In this document: in pieces, positions 24,747-34,556 of the stretch | Position numbering within the stretch: position 1 is the first letter of the stretch | Layout of the letters: each line of letters starts with the position of its first letter | Assembly (NCBI RefSeq): GCF_003018255.1 | Contig: NZ_CP027440.1 | Origin: Escherichia coli | Lineage (GTDB): Bacteria; Pseudomonadota; Gammaproteobacteria; Enterobacterales; Enterobacteriaceae | DNA length: 64,000 bases | Reading direction: 5' to 3' (one strand) | The notes under the pieces: generated by a model | Database searches by the model: none | The model's input: the letters and a program-made list of their open reading frames with translations, nothing else | Told to the model about the DNA's origin: nothing | Position numbers and translations under genes: made by a program

Positions 24747-25280
24747 ATGAACACAAAAATCAAATACGGCCTGTCGGCTGCCGTTCTGGCGCTGATTGCC
24801 GCAGGGGCGCCTGCGCCTGATATTCTCGACCAGTTTCTGGATGAAAAAGAAGGTAACCACACCACGGCATACCGTGATGGTGCGGGTATCTGGACCATTT
24901 GTCGTGGTGCCACCAGGGTGGATGGCAAACCTGTCGTCCCGGGCATGAAGTTGTCGAAGAAAAAATGCGACCAGGTTAACGCCATTGAGCGTGATAAGGC
25001 GCTGGCATGGGTGGAGAAAAACATCCGGGTGCCACTGACTGAACCCCAGAAAGCGGGGATCGCGTCATTCTGCCCGTATAACATTGGCCCCGGTAAGTGT
25101 TTCCCGTCGACGTTTTATAAACGAATTAATGCAGGCGATCGCAGGGGAGCGTGTGAAGCGATTCGCTGGTGGATTAAGGACGGTGGCAGAGACTGCCGTA
25201 TCCGCTCAAACAACTGTTACGGCCAGATATCCCGTCGTGACCAGGAGAGCGCGCTGGCGTGCTGGGGAATCGACAGATAA
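24747..25280 (+). CDS. R: SAR endolysin (GH24 lysozyme)
   Basis: 177 aa. Gly/Ala-rich N-terminal SAR segment YGLSAAVLALIAAGAPAP. E-8aa-D-5aa-T catalytic motif (EGNHTTAYRDGAGIWT). Confidence 0.85.
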   Translation: MNTKIKYGLSAAVLALIAAGAPAPDILDQFLDEKEGNHTTAYRDGAGIWTICRGATRVDGKPVVPGMKLSKKKCDQVNAIERDKALAWVEKNIRVPLTEPQKAGIASFCPYNIGPGKCFPSTFYKRINAGDRRGACEAIRWWIKDGGRDCRIRSNNCYGQISRRDQESALACWGIDR

Positions 25281-25370
25281 GCAGAATATTTTGCTGAAAA
25301 ATGACGTTGGCCAACGCGGACGGATAACACGAAATCCTGCGAACTGGCAAAACCTAAGTGAATAAAAGTA

Positions 25371-25410
25371 AAAACCCCGTTTGTTGGCAGCAAGCGGGGT
25401 TTTGTGTTTC
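25371..25410 (+). terminator. terminator-like hairpin between endolysin and spanin genes
   Basis: AAAACCCCG, a 15-nt loop, CGGGGTTTT, then GTGTTTC. The T-tract is weak. Confidence 0.35.
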
Positions 25411-25436
25411 TGACCTTGGATAAGGCAAGGGAGAAC

Positions 25437-25619
25437 ATGGAAAAGTATAAACGAATTCTGTTGAGGTTGACTATGAAAAACGGCCCTGAACTGAAAGCGC
25501 CAGTAAGTGATGACATCAGCAGAGCGCTGGCTTTTGCTATTAAGTGGGTGGCGGTTGGTATCGCTGTGTCTCCGATACTGTATGGGCTGGCAAAACTGGT
25601 CATTGCGTTGAAATCGTGA
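25437..25619 (+). CDS. hypothetical 60-aa protein with a C-terminal TM segment
   Basis: [60 protein letters not shown], preceded by AAGGGAGA. Confidence 0.4.
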   Translation: MEKYKRILLRLTMKNGPELKAPVSDDISRALAFAIKWVAVGIAVSPILYGLAKLVIALKS

Positions 25620-25633
25620 AGGGAGGATTAAAC

Positions 25634-25765
25634 ATGTCAGACAAACTCATAATGCTGGCGAAGATCCTCTGTGTAATCGTCGGCATTTCATTTTCACTAA
25701 TGCTGGTTGCTCTTTTTCTTTCCATGGGCTGGATGATGTTGTCTTCGTCGGGGCTGCTGGAGTGA
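25634..25765 (+). CDS. hypothetical 43-aa membrane peptide
   Basis: [43 protein letters not shown], with a GGGAGGA RBS. Its stop overlaps the Rz start (GTGA). Confidence 0.4.
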   Translation: MSDKLIMLAKILCVIVGISFSLMLVALFLSMGWMMLSSSGLLE

Positions 25766-26235
25766 GCATAAACCGAATGCTTTCCGCGTTTACCGTTATT
25801 CTGCTGGTGGTCTGTGGTGCGCTTAGTCTGGGGCTGAATCATTACCGCGATAACGCCATCACCTACAAAGCGCAGCGCGATAAAAAAGCCAGAGAGCTGG
25901 AGCAGGCAAACGCAACCATTACTGATATGCAGGTGCGCCAGCGCGATGTTGCTGCGCTCGATGCAAAATACTCGAGGGAATTAGCCGATGCGAGAGCTGA
26001 AAATGAAACTCTGCGTGCTGATGTTGCCGCTGGTCGTAAGCGCCTGCGGATCAACGCCACCTGCTCCGGTACCGTGCGTGAAGCCACCGGCACCTCCGGC
26101 GTGGGCAATGATGCCGCCGTCGAACTCTCTCCGGTTGCTGGACGAAACGTTCTCGGTATCAGAGACGGAATCATCAGCGACCAGGCTGCATTGAGAATGC
26201 TTCAGGAATATATCCGCACTCAGTGTATTAACTAG
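25762..26235 (+). CDS. Rz: Rz i-spanin
   Basis: 157 aa. N-terminal TM segment, then a coiled-coil periplasmic domain ([59 protein letters not shown]). The start is GTG 25762 or ATG 25777. Confidence 0.85.
   Translation: MSINRMLSAFTVILLVVCGALSLGLNHYRDNAITYKAQRDKKARELEQANATITDMQVRQRDVAALDAKYSRELADARAENETLRADVAAGRKRLRINATCSGTVREATGTSGVGNDAAVELSPVAGRNVLGIRDGIISDQAALRMLQEYIRTQCIN
26003..26194 (+). CDS. Rz1: Rz1 o-spanin lipoprotein, embedded in Rz in another frame
   Basis: [39 protein letters not shown]. Lipobox LVVSAC and proline-rich. Lies entirely within Rz. Confidence 0.75.
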   Translation: MKLCVLMLPLVVSACGSTPPAPVPCVKPPAPPAWAMMPPSNSLRLLDETFSVSETESSATRLH

Positions 26236-26258
26236 TATTTTTGTTATCCGGAGAATGC

Positions 26259-26483
26259 ATGAAGAAATTACTGGTAACCGTAAAGCCTTTTCAGGGAACA
26301 ATTCCGTTCCGTATTTTGCAGCGTGGTCGTGTTCTTGTTGAAGGTTCGTTCAGTGGTAAATGTACGCAATTACACTCCCGGACCTTTCAGGTGAATGCCA
26401 CGAATGAAGAGCTAACCGTTGAGTGTACGATGAATGCCGCTAAATGCCGTATGGTATCGGCTGCATTACAGCCAGTGTGTTGA
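26259..26483 (+). CDS. hypothetical 74-aa protein
   Basis: The ATG at 26259 is preceded by GGAG. Lies between Rz and cos. No family that I recognise. Confidence 0.4.
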   Translation: MKKLLVTVKPFQGTIPFRILQRGRVLVEGSFSGKCTQLHSRTFQVNATNEELTVECTMNAAKCRMVSAALQPVC

Positions 26484-26741
26484 GCGACCTTATTATCCAT
26501 GCGCGGTATTGTCGCCGTATTCCCGTATTAACAGAGACCGCAGCCCGACAGGGAGACTCCTCTGCGCGAGTGTGCGGGGATAATCAAAAACGATACACAC
26601 CGGGGTTTACCGCGTTAACGGAGCGCGGCGTTGTCCCCTCATAGTCGCCTGTCCGGTGCGATGGCGGAAGAAACTGGATTTGTTGCAACTGATAACCATT
26701 ATCATTTTCTCGGGTCCTTTCCGGCATATGGACCCGTTACG

Positions 26742-26753
26742 GGGCGGCGACCT
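26742..26753 (+). other. cos: cosN cohesive-end site (lambda type)
   Basis: GGGCGGCGACCT is identical to the lambda 12-nt cohesive end. The flanking CGCG.GTTTTC.CTATTTATGA also resembles lambda cosB-proximal sequence. Confidence 0.8.
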
Positions 26754-26970
26754 CGCGCGTTTTCACTATTTATGAGATTTTTTGAGGGGGGTGGTTGTTG
26801 TTTAATTGTTTGGTATATCTAATTGATAAGTAAGGTGAAAATAAAATAAATACAACAACCTTACGATGTGTTTTGATGTCGTCAATGCGAAAAATGTCAA
26901 TGATATCAAATGGTTTTGCAAAAACACATGGTTGTTGTATCGCTTTTTATCGATGACTTATGGAGAGGAG

Positions 26971-27477
26971 ATGGCCTTTTTATTGAATAAAAGTGATATG
27001 GCCTCCTCCATCGGTATCTCTGTTCAGGCATTTGATAAATGGGGCGTTCCTCCTGTTGAACGTCGGGGGAGGGAAGTTTTATATGACGTTAAAACTGTAC
27101 TGGAGATAGATCGCGAGCGGCGACAACACAATCAGAGAACACCTGATGACGGGGGAGAACTGGAGGAAAGGCTGCTTCGGGCCAGAGCTGAACTGACAGA
27201 AGAACAGGCTGTAGCTCAAAAACTTAAAAATCAGGTAACCGAAGGTAAGCTCATTGATTCAGACTTCTGCGTTTTCGCCCTCAGCAAACTGGCGATGGCA
27301 TTGTCCAGTACGCTTGATTCCATTCCGTTATCCATGCAGCGACAGTTCCCGGATTTAACGCCACGTCATATTGACCATCTGAAAACCCTTATTGCAAAGG
27401 GCGCAAATCAGTGTGCGCGGGCAGGGGATAAATTACCGGATTTGCTGGATGAATATATCAGAGCAACAACTGAATAA
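26971..27477 (+). CDS. nu1: terminase small subunit (Nu1-like)
   Basis: 168 aa from the ATG after GGAGAGGAG. VLYD ... FCVFALSKLAMALSSTLDSIPLSMQRQFPDLTPRHIDHLK parallels lambda Nu1. Confidence 0.8.
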   Translation: MAFLLNKSDMASSIGISVQAFDKWGVPPVERRGREVLYDVKTVLEIDRERRQHNQRTPDDGGELEERLLRARAELTEEQAVAQKLKNQVTEGKLIDSDFCVFALSKLAMALSSTLDSIPLSMQRQFPDLTPRHIDHLKTLIAKGANQCARAGDKLPDLLDEYIRATTE

Positions 27478-29377
27478 TATGATGGTTGCCGTTTCGGTTG
27501 CGCTGCAGCCTCTGGTCAGAGTTGTACCGATGACGGCAGTTGAATGGGCTGATCAAAATTATTATTTGCCTAAAGACTCCTCATACGGTGACGGCGAATG
27601 GAAAACGCTGCCATTCCAGATCGCCATCATGAACAGCATGGGGAATGATCAGATCCGCACTGTTAATCTGATTAAATCTGCCCGTGTTGGCTATACAAAG
27701 ATGTTGCTGGGGGTGGTCGGGTATTTTATTGAGCATAAATCCCGAAACAGTCTGCTTTTTCAGCCCACGGATTCTGCCGCTGAAGATTTTATGAAGTCTC
27801 ACGTGGAGGCGACGATTCGGGACGTGGCATGCCTGAAAGATCTTTCCCCGTGGCTGGGTCGTAAACATCGTGACAATACTCTCACGCTGAAACGCTTTTC
27901 ATCGGGGGTGGGGTTCTGGTGCCTGGGTGGTGCGGCAGCAAAAAACTACCGTGAAAAATCCGTGGACGTGGTCTGCTATGACGAACTTTCCTCGTTCGAG
28001 CCGGATGTCGAAAAAGAGGGCTCGCCAACCCTGCTGGGGGATAAGCGTATTGAGGGGTCGGTGTGGCCAAAATCCATTCGCGGCTCGACGCCTAAAATCA
28101 AAGGCTCCTGCCAGATCGAAAAAGCGGCCAACGAGTCGGCGCATTTCATGCGTTTTTATGTGCCCTGCCCGCACTGTGGGGAGGAGCAGTATCTGAAATT
28201 TGGCGATGAATCCACGCCTTTTGGCCTTAAATGGGAGAAGGACAGCCCCGAAAGCGTTTTCTACCTCTGTGAACATCATGGCTGCGTGATCCATCAGTCT
28301 GAGCTTGACCAGAGCAACGGGCGGTGGATCTGTGAAAATACGGGGATGTGGACCCGTGACGGTCTGACGTTTTTCAGCGCCGCGGATAATGAAATTCCGC
28401 CGCCGCGCTCCATCACGTTCCACATCTGGACGGCGTACAGTCCGTTCACCACCTGGGTACAGATAGTCTATGACTGGCTGGATGCACTGAAAGATCCCAA
28501 CGGCGTGAAAACCTTTGTGAACACCACGCTGGGCGAGACCTGGGAAGAGGCCGTGGGCGAAAAACTCGATCACCAGGTACTGATGGATAAGGTTGTGCGT
28601 TACACGGCGGCGGTGCCTGCCCGGGTGGTTTATCTGACGGCGGGCATTGACTCGCAGCGAAACCGTTTTGAGATGTATGTCTGGGGATGGGCACCGGGAG
28701 AGGAAGCCTTTCTGGTGGATAAAATCATCATTATGGGGCGTCCCGATGAGGAAGAGACGCTGTTACGTGTGGATGCGGTGATCAACAAAAAATACCGTCA
28801 TGCAGACGGAACCGAAATGACCATTTCCCGTGTCTGCTGGGACACCGGGGGGATCGATGGCGAAATCGTTTATCAGCGGTCAAAAAAACACGGTGTTTTC
28901 CGGGTGCTGCCGGTAAAAGGCGCATCTGTCTATGGCAAGCCGGTGATCACCATGCCAAAAAACCGCAATCAGCGGGGCGTGTATCTGTGTGAAGTGGGGA
29001 CGGACACCGCAAAAGAAATTCTCTATGCCCGTATGAAAGCCGATCCCACGCCTGCGGATGAAGCCACGTCGTATGCCATCCGTTTTCCTGATGATCCGGA
29101 GATTTTTTCGCAGACAGAGGCGCAGCAACTGGTGGCGGAAGAGCTGGTGGAGAAGTGGGAAAAAGGAAAGATGCGTCTGTTGTGGGATAACAAAAAGCGG
29201 CGTAACGAAGCGCTGGACTGCCTGGTGTATGCCTACGCGGCATTACGTGTGTCCGTGCAACGCTGGCAGCTTGATCTGGCTGTACTGGCAAAATCCCGGG
29301 AAGAAGAGACGACCCGGCCAACCCTGAAAGAACTGGCAGCGAAGCTGTCCGGAGGAGTGAATGGTTACAGTCGCTGA
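27449..29377 (+). CDS. A: terminase large subunit (gpA-like)
   Basis: 642 aa. MNISEQQ ... TAVEWADQNYYLPKDSSYGDGEWKTLPFQIAIMNSMGNDQIRTVNLIKSARVGYTKMLLG aligns with lambda gpA. Confidence 0.92.
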   Translation: MNISEQQLNNMMVAVSVALQPLVRVVPMTAVEWADQNYYLPKDSSYGDGEWKTLPFQIAIMNSMGNDQIRTVNLIKSARVGYTKMLLGVVGYFIEHKSRNSLLFQPTDSAAEDFMKSHVEATIRDVACLKDLSPWLGRKHRDNTLTLKRFSSGVGFWCLGGAAAKNYREKSVDVVCYDELSSFEPDVEKEGSPTLLGDKRIEGSVWPKSIRGSTPKIKGSCQIEKAANESAHFMRFYVPCPHCGEEQYLKFGDESTPFGLKWEKDSPESVFYLCEHHGCVIHQSELDQSNGRWICENTGMWTRDGLTFFSAADNEIPPPRSITFHIWTAYSPFTTWVQIVYDWLDALKDPNGVKTFVNTTLGETWEEAVGEKLDHQVLMDKVVRYTAAVPARVVYLTAGIDSQRNRFEMYVWGWAPGEEAFLVDKIIIMGRPDEEETLLRVDAVINKKYRHADGTEMTISRVCWDTGGIDGEIVYQRSKKHGVFRVLPVKGASVYGKPVITMPKNRNQRGVYLCEVGTDTAKEILYARMKADPTPADEATSYAIRFPDDPEIFSQTEAQQLVAEELVEKWEKGKMRLLWDNKKRRNEALDCLVYAYAALRVSVQRWQLDLAVLAKSREEETTRPTLKELAAKLSGGVNGYSR

Positions 29378-29567
29378 ACTGCAGGCGCTGCGTCAGGCGC
29401 GCCTTGATTTATTAACCGGTAAACGGGTGGTGTCTGTCCAGAAAGATGGTCGCAGAATTGAATATACGGCGGCTTCTCTGGATGAGCTTAACCGTGCGAT
29501 CAATGATGCGGAGTCGGTACTGGGGACAACCCGCCGTCGCCGTCGTCCGCTGGGAGTGAGGTTATGA
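29361..29567 (+). CDS. W: head-tail joining protein gpW-like
   Basis: 68 aa. LLTGKRVVSVQKDGRRIEYTAASL matches lambda W ([24 protein letters not shown]). Confidence 0.85.
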   Translation: MVTVAELQALRQARLDLLTGKRVVSVQKDGRRIEYTAASLDELNRAINDAESVLGTTRRRRRPLGVRL

Positions 29568-31156
29568 AACGAACGCCTGTCCTGATTGATGTGAACGGCG
29601 TTCCGCTTCGGGAGAGCCTCAGCTACCACGGGGGCGGTGCAGGATTTGGCGGGCAAATGGCGGAGTGGTTGCCACCCTCGCAGAGTGCCGATGCGGCCCT
29701 GCTGCCCGCGTTGCGTCTGGGGAATGCCCGTGCAGATGATCTGGTGCGCAATAACGGGATAGCGGCTAATGCGGTGGCCCTGCATAAGGATCATATTGTC
29801 GGGCATATGTTTCTGATCAGCTACCGTCCGAACTGGCGCTGGCTGGGGATGCGGGAGACTGCGGCAAAAAGTTTTGTCGATGAGGTGGAGGCGGCCTGGT
29901 CGGAATACGCAGAAGGGATGTTTGGCGAGATCGACGTGGAAGGGAAACGCACGTTTACGGAATTTATCCGTGAAGGTGTGGGCGTTCATGCCTTTAACGG
30001 CGAAATCTTTGTGCAGCCGGTCTGGGATACGGAGAGCACGCAGCTGTTTCGTACGCGTTTTAAAGCCGTGAGTCCGAAACGGGTGGACACGCCAGGGCAC
30101 GGTATGGGGAACCGCTTTCTGCGGGCCGGTGTGGAGGTCGATCGATATGGCCGTGCCGTTGCGTACCATATCTGTGAGGATGATTTTCCGTTCTCCGGGA
30201 GTGGACGATGGGAACGGATCCCGCGTGAACTTCCCACCGGGCGTCCGGCCATGCTGCATATTTTCGAGCCGGTGGAGGACGGGCAGACCCGTGGAGCCAA
30301 TCAGTTTTACAGCGTCATGGAACGGCTGAAGATGCTGGATTCCCTGCAGGCAACACAGCTTCAGACGGCCATAGTGAAGGCGATGTATGCAGCGACGATT
30401 GAAAGTGAACTTGATACCGAAAAGGCCTTTGAATATATCGCGGGGGCACCGCAGGGTCAGCAGGATAATCCGCTTATTTATATTCTGGAGAAGTTCTCCA
30501 GCTGGTATGACACGAATCATGTGACGCTGGGCGGTGCCAAAATTCCGCACCTTTTCCCCGGTGATGATCTGAAACTGCAGACCGCGCAGGATTCAGACAA
30601 TGGATTTTCGGCGCTTGAACAGGCGCTGCTGCGGTATATCGCCGCCGGTCTTGGCGTTTCCTACGAACAGTTGTCCCGTGATTACTCGAAGGTCAGTTAT
30701 TCAAGTGCCCGCGCCTCCGCCAATGAGTCGTGGCGCTATTTTATGGGACGACGAAAATTTATTGCGGCCCGGCTGGCCACGCAGATGTTTTCCTGCTGGC
30801 TGGAAGAGGCACTTCTTCGGGGGATTATCCGTCCGCCACGGGCACGTTTTGATTTTTATCAGGCGCGATCAGCCTGGTCACGGGCAGAGTGGATTGGTGC
30901 CGGAAGAATGGCCATTGACGGGCTCAAGGAGGTCCAGGAATCGGTGATGCGTATTGATTCCGGACTGAGCACCTATGAGAAAGAGCTGGCGCTGATGGGT
31001 GAGGATTATCAGGACATTTTCCGCCAGCAGGTCAGGGAATCCGCAGAGCGGGAAAAGGCCGGACTCTCACGTCCGGTGTGGATAGCGCAGGCGTATCAGC
31101 AGCAGATAGCGGAGAGCCGCAGGCCGGAAGAGGAGACAACACCACGTGAGACGTAA
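29564..31156 (+). CDS. B: portal protein gpB-like
   Basis: 530 aa. Position and length match lambda B. Confidence 0.9.
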   Translation: MKRTPVLIDVNGVPLRESLSYHGGGAGFGGQMAEWLPPSQSADAALLPALRLGNARADDLVRNNGIAANAVALHKDHIVGHMFLISYRPNWRWLGMRETAAKSFVDEVEAAWSEYAEGMFGEIDVEGKRTFTEFIREGVGVHAFNGEIFVQPVWDTESTQLFRTRFKAVSPKRVDTPGHGMGNRFLRAGVEVDRYGRAVAYHICEDDFPFSGSGRWERIPRELPTGRPAMLHIFEPVEDGQTRGANQFYSVMERLKMLDSLQATQLQTAIVKAMYAATIESELDTEKAFEYIAGAPQGQQDNPLIYILEKFSSWYDTNHVTLGGAKIPHLFPGDDLKLQTAQDSDNGFSALEQALLRYIAAGLGVSYEQLSRDYSKVSYSSARASANESWRYFMGRRKFIAARLATQMFSCWLEEALLRGIIRPPRARFDFYQARSAWSRAEWIGAGRMAIDGLKEVQESVMRIDSGLSTYEKELALMGEDYQDIFRQQVRESAEREKAGLSRPVWIAQAYQQQIAESRRPEEETTPRET

Positions 31157-32651
31157 TCTTTCACACATTATTGCCGCAGCGTTCAATGAACCGCTGCTTC
31201 TGGAGCCCGCCTATGCGCGGGTTTTCTTTTGCGCGCTGGGGCGCGAGATGGGGGCAGCAAGTCTTTCGGTTCCACAACAGCAGGTGCAGCTTGATGCTCC
31301 CGGAATGCTGGCTGAAACGGACGAGTACATGGCCGGAGGTAAACGACCGGCCCGTGTTTACCGGGTGGTGAACGGTATTGCTGTACTGCCGGTGACCGGC
31401 ACGCTGGTGCACCGGCTGGGCGGTATGCGGCCATTTTCCGGAATGACAGGCTATGACGGCATTGTCGCCTGTCTTCAGCAGGCAATGGCAGATAGCCAGG
31501 TGCGGGGCGTACTGCTGGACATTGACAGTCCGGGCGGGCAGGCCGCCGGCGCGTTTGACTGCGCTGACATGATTTACCGCCTTCGTCAGCAGAAGCCGGT
31601 CTGGGCACTGTGCAATGACACGGCCTGTTCTGCAGCCATGCTGCTGGCGTCGGCCTGCTCCCGACGGCTGGTTACCCAGACATCCCGTATCGGCTCCATT
31701 GGCGTGATGATGAGCCATGTCAGCTATGCCGGTCATCTGGCGCAGGCCGGTGTGGATATCACGCTGATTTATGCCGGGGCGCACAAGGTGGATGGCAATC
31801 AGTTTGAAGCGTTGCCGGCAGAGGTTCGCCAGGACATGCAGCAGCGGATTGATGCGGCGCGCCGGATGTTTGCCGAAAAAGTGGCGATGTATACCGGGTT
31901 GTCTGTGGATGCGGTCACGGGAACAGAGGCCGCCGTTTTTGAAGGTCAGTCCGGCATTGAGGCCGGGCTGGCGGATGAATTAATCAATGCGTCGGATGCC
32001 ATCAGTGTGATGGCCACGGCGCTGAACAGTAATGTCAGAGGAGGCAGTATGCCGCAATTAACTGCAACGGAAGCCGCCGTGCAGGAGAACCAGCGAGTGA
32101 TGGGGATCCTGACATGCCAGGAAGCGAAAGGACGTGAACAGCTTGCCACGATGCTGGCAGGACAACAGGGCATGAGCATTGAACAGGCCCGGGCGATTCT
32201 GGCCGCGGCAGCACCACAGCAGCCGGTGGCATCCACGCAGAGTGAAGCCGATCGCATTATGGCGTGTGAAGAAGCGAACGGTCGTGAACAACTGGCGGCA
32301 ACGCTGGCGGCGATGCCGGAGATGACGGTGGAAAAAGCCCGCCCGATCCTGGCTGCTTCACCGCAGGCGGATGCAGGCCCCTCACTTCGTGATCAGATTA
32401 TGGCTCTGAGTGAGGCGAAAGGGGCTGAGGCGCTGGCTGAAAAACTGGCGGCGTTTCCCGGAATGACTGTGGAGTCTGCCCGAGACATGCTGGCCTCATC
32501 GTCGGATAAAGCAGAACCGGTCTCTGCATCCACAACCGCCCTGTTTGAACGGTTCATGGCGAACCATTCACCGGCAGCGGTGCAGGGTGGCGTGTCACAG
32601 GCGTCAGCAGACGGTGATGCGGACGTGAAAATGCTCATGGCCATGCCATGA
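31146..32651 (+). CDS. C: head maturation protease/scaffold gpC-like (S49 ClpP-type) with a C-terminal triple repeat
   Basis: 501 aa. S49 region DIDSPGGQAAGAFD ... CSAAMLLASA. The C-terminal third holds three ~45-aa tandem repeats. Confidence 0.85.
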   Translation: MRRNLSHIIAAAFNEPLLLEPAYARVFFCALGREMGAASLSVPQQQVQLDAPGMLAETDEYMAGGKRPARVYRVVNGIAVLPVTGTLVHRLGGMRPFSGMTGYDGIVACLQQAMADSQVRGVLLDIDSPGGQAAGAFDCADMIYRLRQQKPVWALCNDTACSAAMLLASACSRRLVTQTSRIGSIGVMMSHVSYAGHLAQAGVDITLIYAGAHKVDGNQFEALPAEVRQDMQQRIDAARRMFAEKVAMYTGLSVDAVTGTEAAVFEGQSGIEAGLADELINASDAISVMATALNSNVRGGSMPQLTATEAAVQENQRVMGILTCQEAKGREQLATMLAGQQGMSIEQARAILAAAAPQQPVASTQSEADRIMACEEANGREQLAATLAAMPEMTVEKARPILAASPQADAGPSLRDQIMALSEAKGAEALAEKLAAFPGMTVESARDMLASSSDKAEPVSASTTALFERFMANHSPAAVQGGVSQASADGDADVKMLMAMP

Positions 32652-32687
32652 AGTCAGTGCTGACCATCAATACGAGGTTTTAACAAT

Positions 32688-33035
32688 ATGGTGACGAAAA
32701 CCATCACTGAACAGCGTGCGGAAGTACGTATTTTTGCCGGTAATGATCCGGCTCACACTGCTACAGGCAGCAGCGGGATTTCTTCTGCAACACCGGCTCT
32801 GACGCCCCTGATGCTGGATGAAGCCAGCGGGAAACTGGTGGTCTGGGACGGACAGAAAGCCGGTAGTGCGGTTGGCATACTGGTACTGCCGCTTGAAGGC
32901 ACAGAGACGGTGCTGACCTATTACAAGTCGGGGACCTTTGCGACGGAGGCAATCCACTGGCCTGAACGTGTGGATGAACACAAAAAGGCCAACGCCTTTG
33001 TCGGCACAGCCCTGAGTCACGCGGCGCTGCCGTAA
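32688..33035 (+). CDS. D: head decoration protein gpD-like
   Basis: 115 aa. NDPAHTATG ... TPLMLD ... KLVVWDG ... AVGIL ... YKSGTF parallels lambda D. Confidence 0.88.
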   Translation: MVTKTITEQRAEVRIFAGNDPAHTATGSSGISSATPALTPLMLDEASGKLVVWDGQKAGSAVGILVLPLEGTETVLTYYKSGTFATEAIHWPERVDEHKKANAFVGTALSHAALP

Positions 33036-33092
33036 CACGTTATCAGGCCGCCGCGTTGGCCTGACTGATTTCTGAATGAAAGGAACTGATTT

Positions 33093-34121
33093 ATGGGATT
33101 GTTTACGACCCGCCAGTTACTCGGTTATACCGAACAAAAAGTGAAATTTCGTGCGCTGTTTCTGGAACTGTTTTTCCGCCGTACGGTGAATTTCCACACC
33201 GAAGAGGTGATGCTGGACAAAATTACCGGAAAAACGCCGGTGGCAGCCTATGTATCCCCGGTTGTTGAAGGAAAAGTGCTGCGTCATCGTGGTGGTGAAA
33301 CCCGCGTGTTACGTCCGGGCTACGTCAAGCCGAAACACGAATTTAATTACCAGCAGGCGGTGGAGCGCCTTCCAGGTGAAGATCCGGCGCAGCTGAACGA
33401 CCCGGCCTACCGTCGTCTGCGTATCATCACCGATAACCTCAAACAGGAAGAGCATGCCATTGTCCAGGTGGAAGAAATGCAGGCGGTGAATGCCGTGCTG
33501 TATGGCAAATACACCATGGAAGGGGAGCAGTTTGATACTGTCGAGGTGGATTTCGGGCGCTCTGAAGGAAATAACATTGAGCAGGCTGATGGTAAAAAAT
33601 GGTCTGAGCAGGACCGTGATACGTTTGATCCGACGCATGATATTGACCTCTACTGCGATCAGGCCAGCGGTCTTGTGAATATCGCCATTATGGACGGTAC
33701 GGTCTGGCGTCTGCTGAATGGCTTTAAGCTGTTCCGCGAAAAACTGGATACCCGTCGCGGCTCAAATTCACAACTCGAAACGGCAGTGAAAGACCTGGGA
33801 GCGGTGGTGTCTTTCAAAGGGTATTACGGCGATCTGGCTATTGTGGTGGCGAAAACGTCTTATGTGGCAGAGGACGGTACCGAAAAACGTTATCTGCCAG
33901 AGGGCACGCTGGTCCTGGGAAATACGTCAGCAGAGGGGATCCGTTGTTACGGTGCCATTCAGGATGCACAGGCGTTGTCCGAAGGTGTGGTGGCTTCTTC
34001 CCGTTACCCGAAACACTGGCTGACCGTGGGCGATCCGGCCCGTGAATTCACCATGACGCAGTCTGCACCGCTGATGGTGCTGCCGGAACCGGATGAGTTT
34101 GTGGTGGTACAGGTGAAATAA
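33093..34121 (+). CDS. E: major capsid protein gpE-like
   Basis: 342 aa. PGYVKPKHEFN ... VEEMQAVNAVLYGKYTMEGEQFD ... TRRGSNSQLETAVKDLG ... GDPAREFTMTQSAPLMVL aligns along lambda E. Confidence 0.93.
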   Translation: MGLFTTRQLLGYTEQKVKFRALFLELFFRRTVNFHTEEVMLDKITGKTPVAAYVSPVVEGKVLRHRGGETRVLRPGYVKPKHEFNYQQAVERLPGEDPAQLNDPAYRRLRIITDNLKQEEHAIVQVEEMQAVNAVLYGKYTMEGEQFDTVEVDFGRSEGNNIEQADGKKWSEQDRDTFDPTHDIDLYCDQASGLVNIAIMDGTVWRLLNGFKLFREKLDTRRGSNSQLETAVKDLGAVVSFKGYYGDLAIVVAKTSYVAEDGTEKRYLPEGTLVLGNTSAEGIRCYGAIQDAQALSEGVVASSRYPKHWLTVGDPAREFTMTQSAPLMVLPEPDEFVVVQVK

Positions 34122-34129
34122 TCCGGGAG

Positions 34130-34158
34130 CGGGGGCGAAATGCCCCCGTGTCTTTTTT
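34130..34158 (+). terminator. hairpin plus T-tract after the capsid gene
   Basis: CGGGGGC-GAAAT-GCCCCCG followed by TGTCTTTTTT. Confidence 0.45.
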
Positions 34159-34172
34159 CACAGGGGGCTGAG

Positions 34173-34556
34173 ATGGCAACAAAAGAAGAAAATCTGAATC
34201 GTCTTCGTCAACTGGCTGGTCTGCTGGGGCGCGAGGCGGATATGTCGGGGAGTGCTGCGGATATTGCTCAGCGTGTGTCTGAGTGGGAAGAGGAGCTTGC
34301 TGCTTCCCGGGAGGACATTATGCACTCTGATGAGAGCGGGTCTGACCAAAATTACACAGACGATGGTGAGCCGTTGAACAACACGGATGCTCCGGATGAT
34401 GTTAAAGCCGTCCGTGTGCGCAAGTGCCTGCATGTGATGGGGTATTGCCCGGAGACAGGCCGTCCTGTTGAGCTTACGTTCCGGGGGATGCGTGTTCTGG
34501 TGCCATCATCACTGGCAATGGCCATGATACAGCACGGAACGGCTGAGTATGCGTGA
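34173..34556 (+). CDS. FI: DNA packaging protein FI-like
   Basis: 127 aa, acidic in the middle, in the same position as lambda FI. Confidence 0.6.
   Translation: MATKEENLNRLRQLAGLLGREADMSGSAADIAQRVSEWEEELAASREDIMHSDESGSDQNYTDDGEPLNNTDAPDDVKAVRVRKCLHVMGYCPETGRPVELTFRGMRVLVPSSLAMAMIQHGTAEYA

Noticed and set aside
27392-27448. N-terminal extension of the terminase large subunit ORF (and similar extensions at 26866, 34140, 40863, 42634, 52271, 54818, 59206, 60387)
   Set aside because: Homology to lambda or K-12 proteins begins at the internal start codons, which also have better RBSs. The extensions overlap upstream genes or intergenic signals.
29393-30550. 385-aa minus-strand ORF
   Set aside because: It is antisense to gpW and the portal gene gpB in a GC-rich region. 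It is Arg/Pro/His-rich, which is typical of a shadow ORF.
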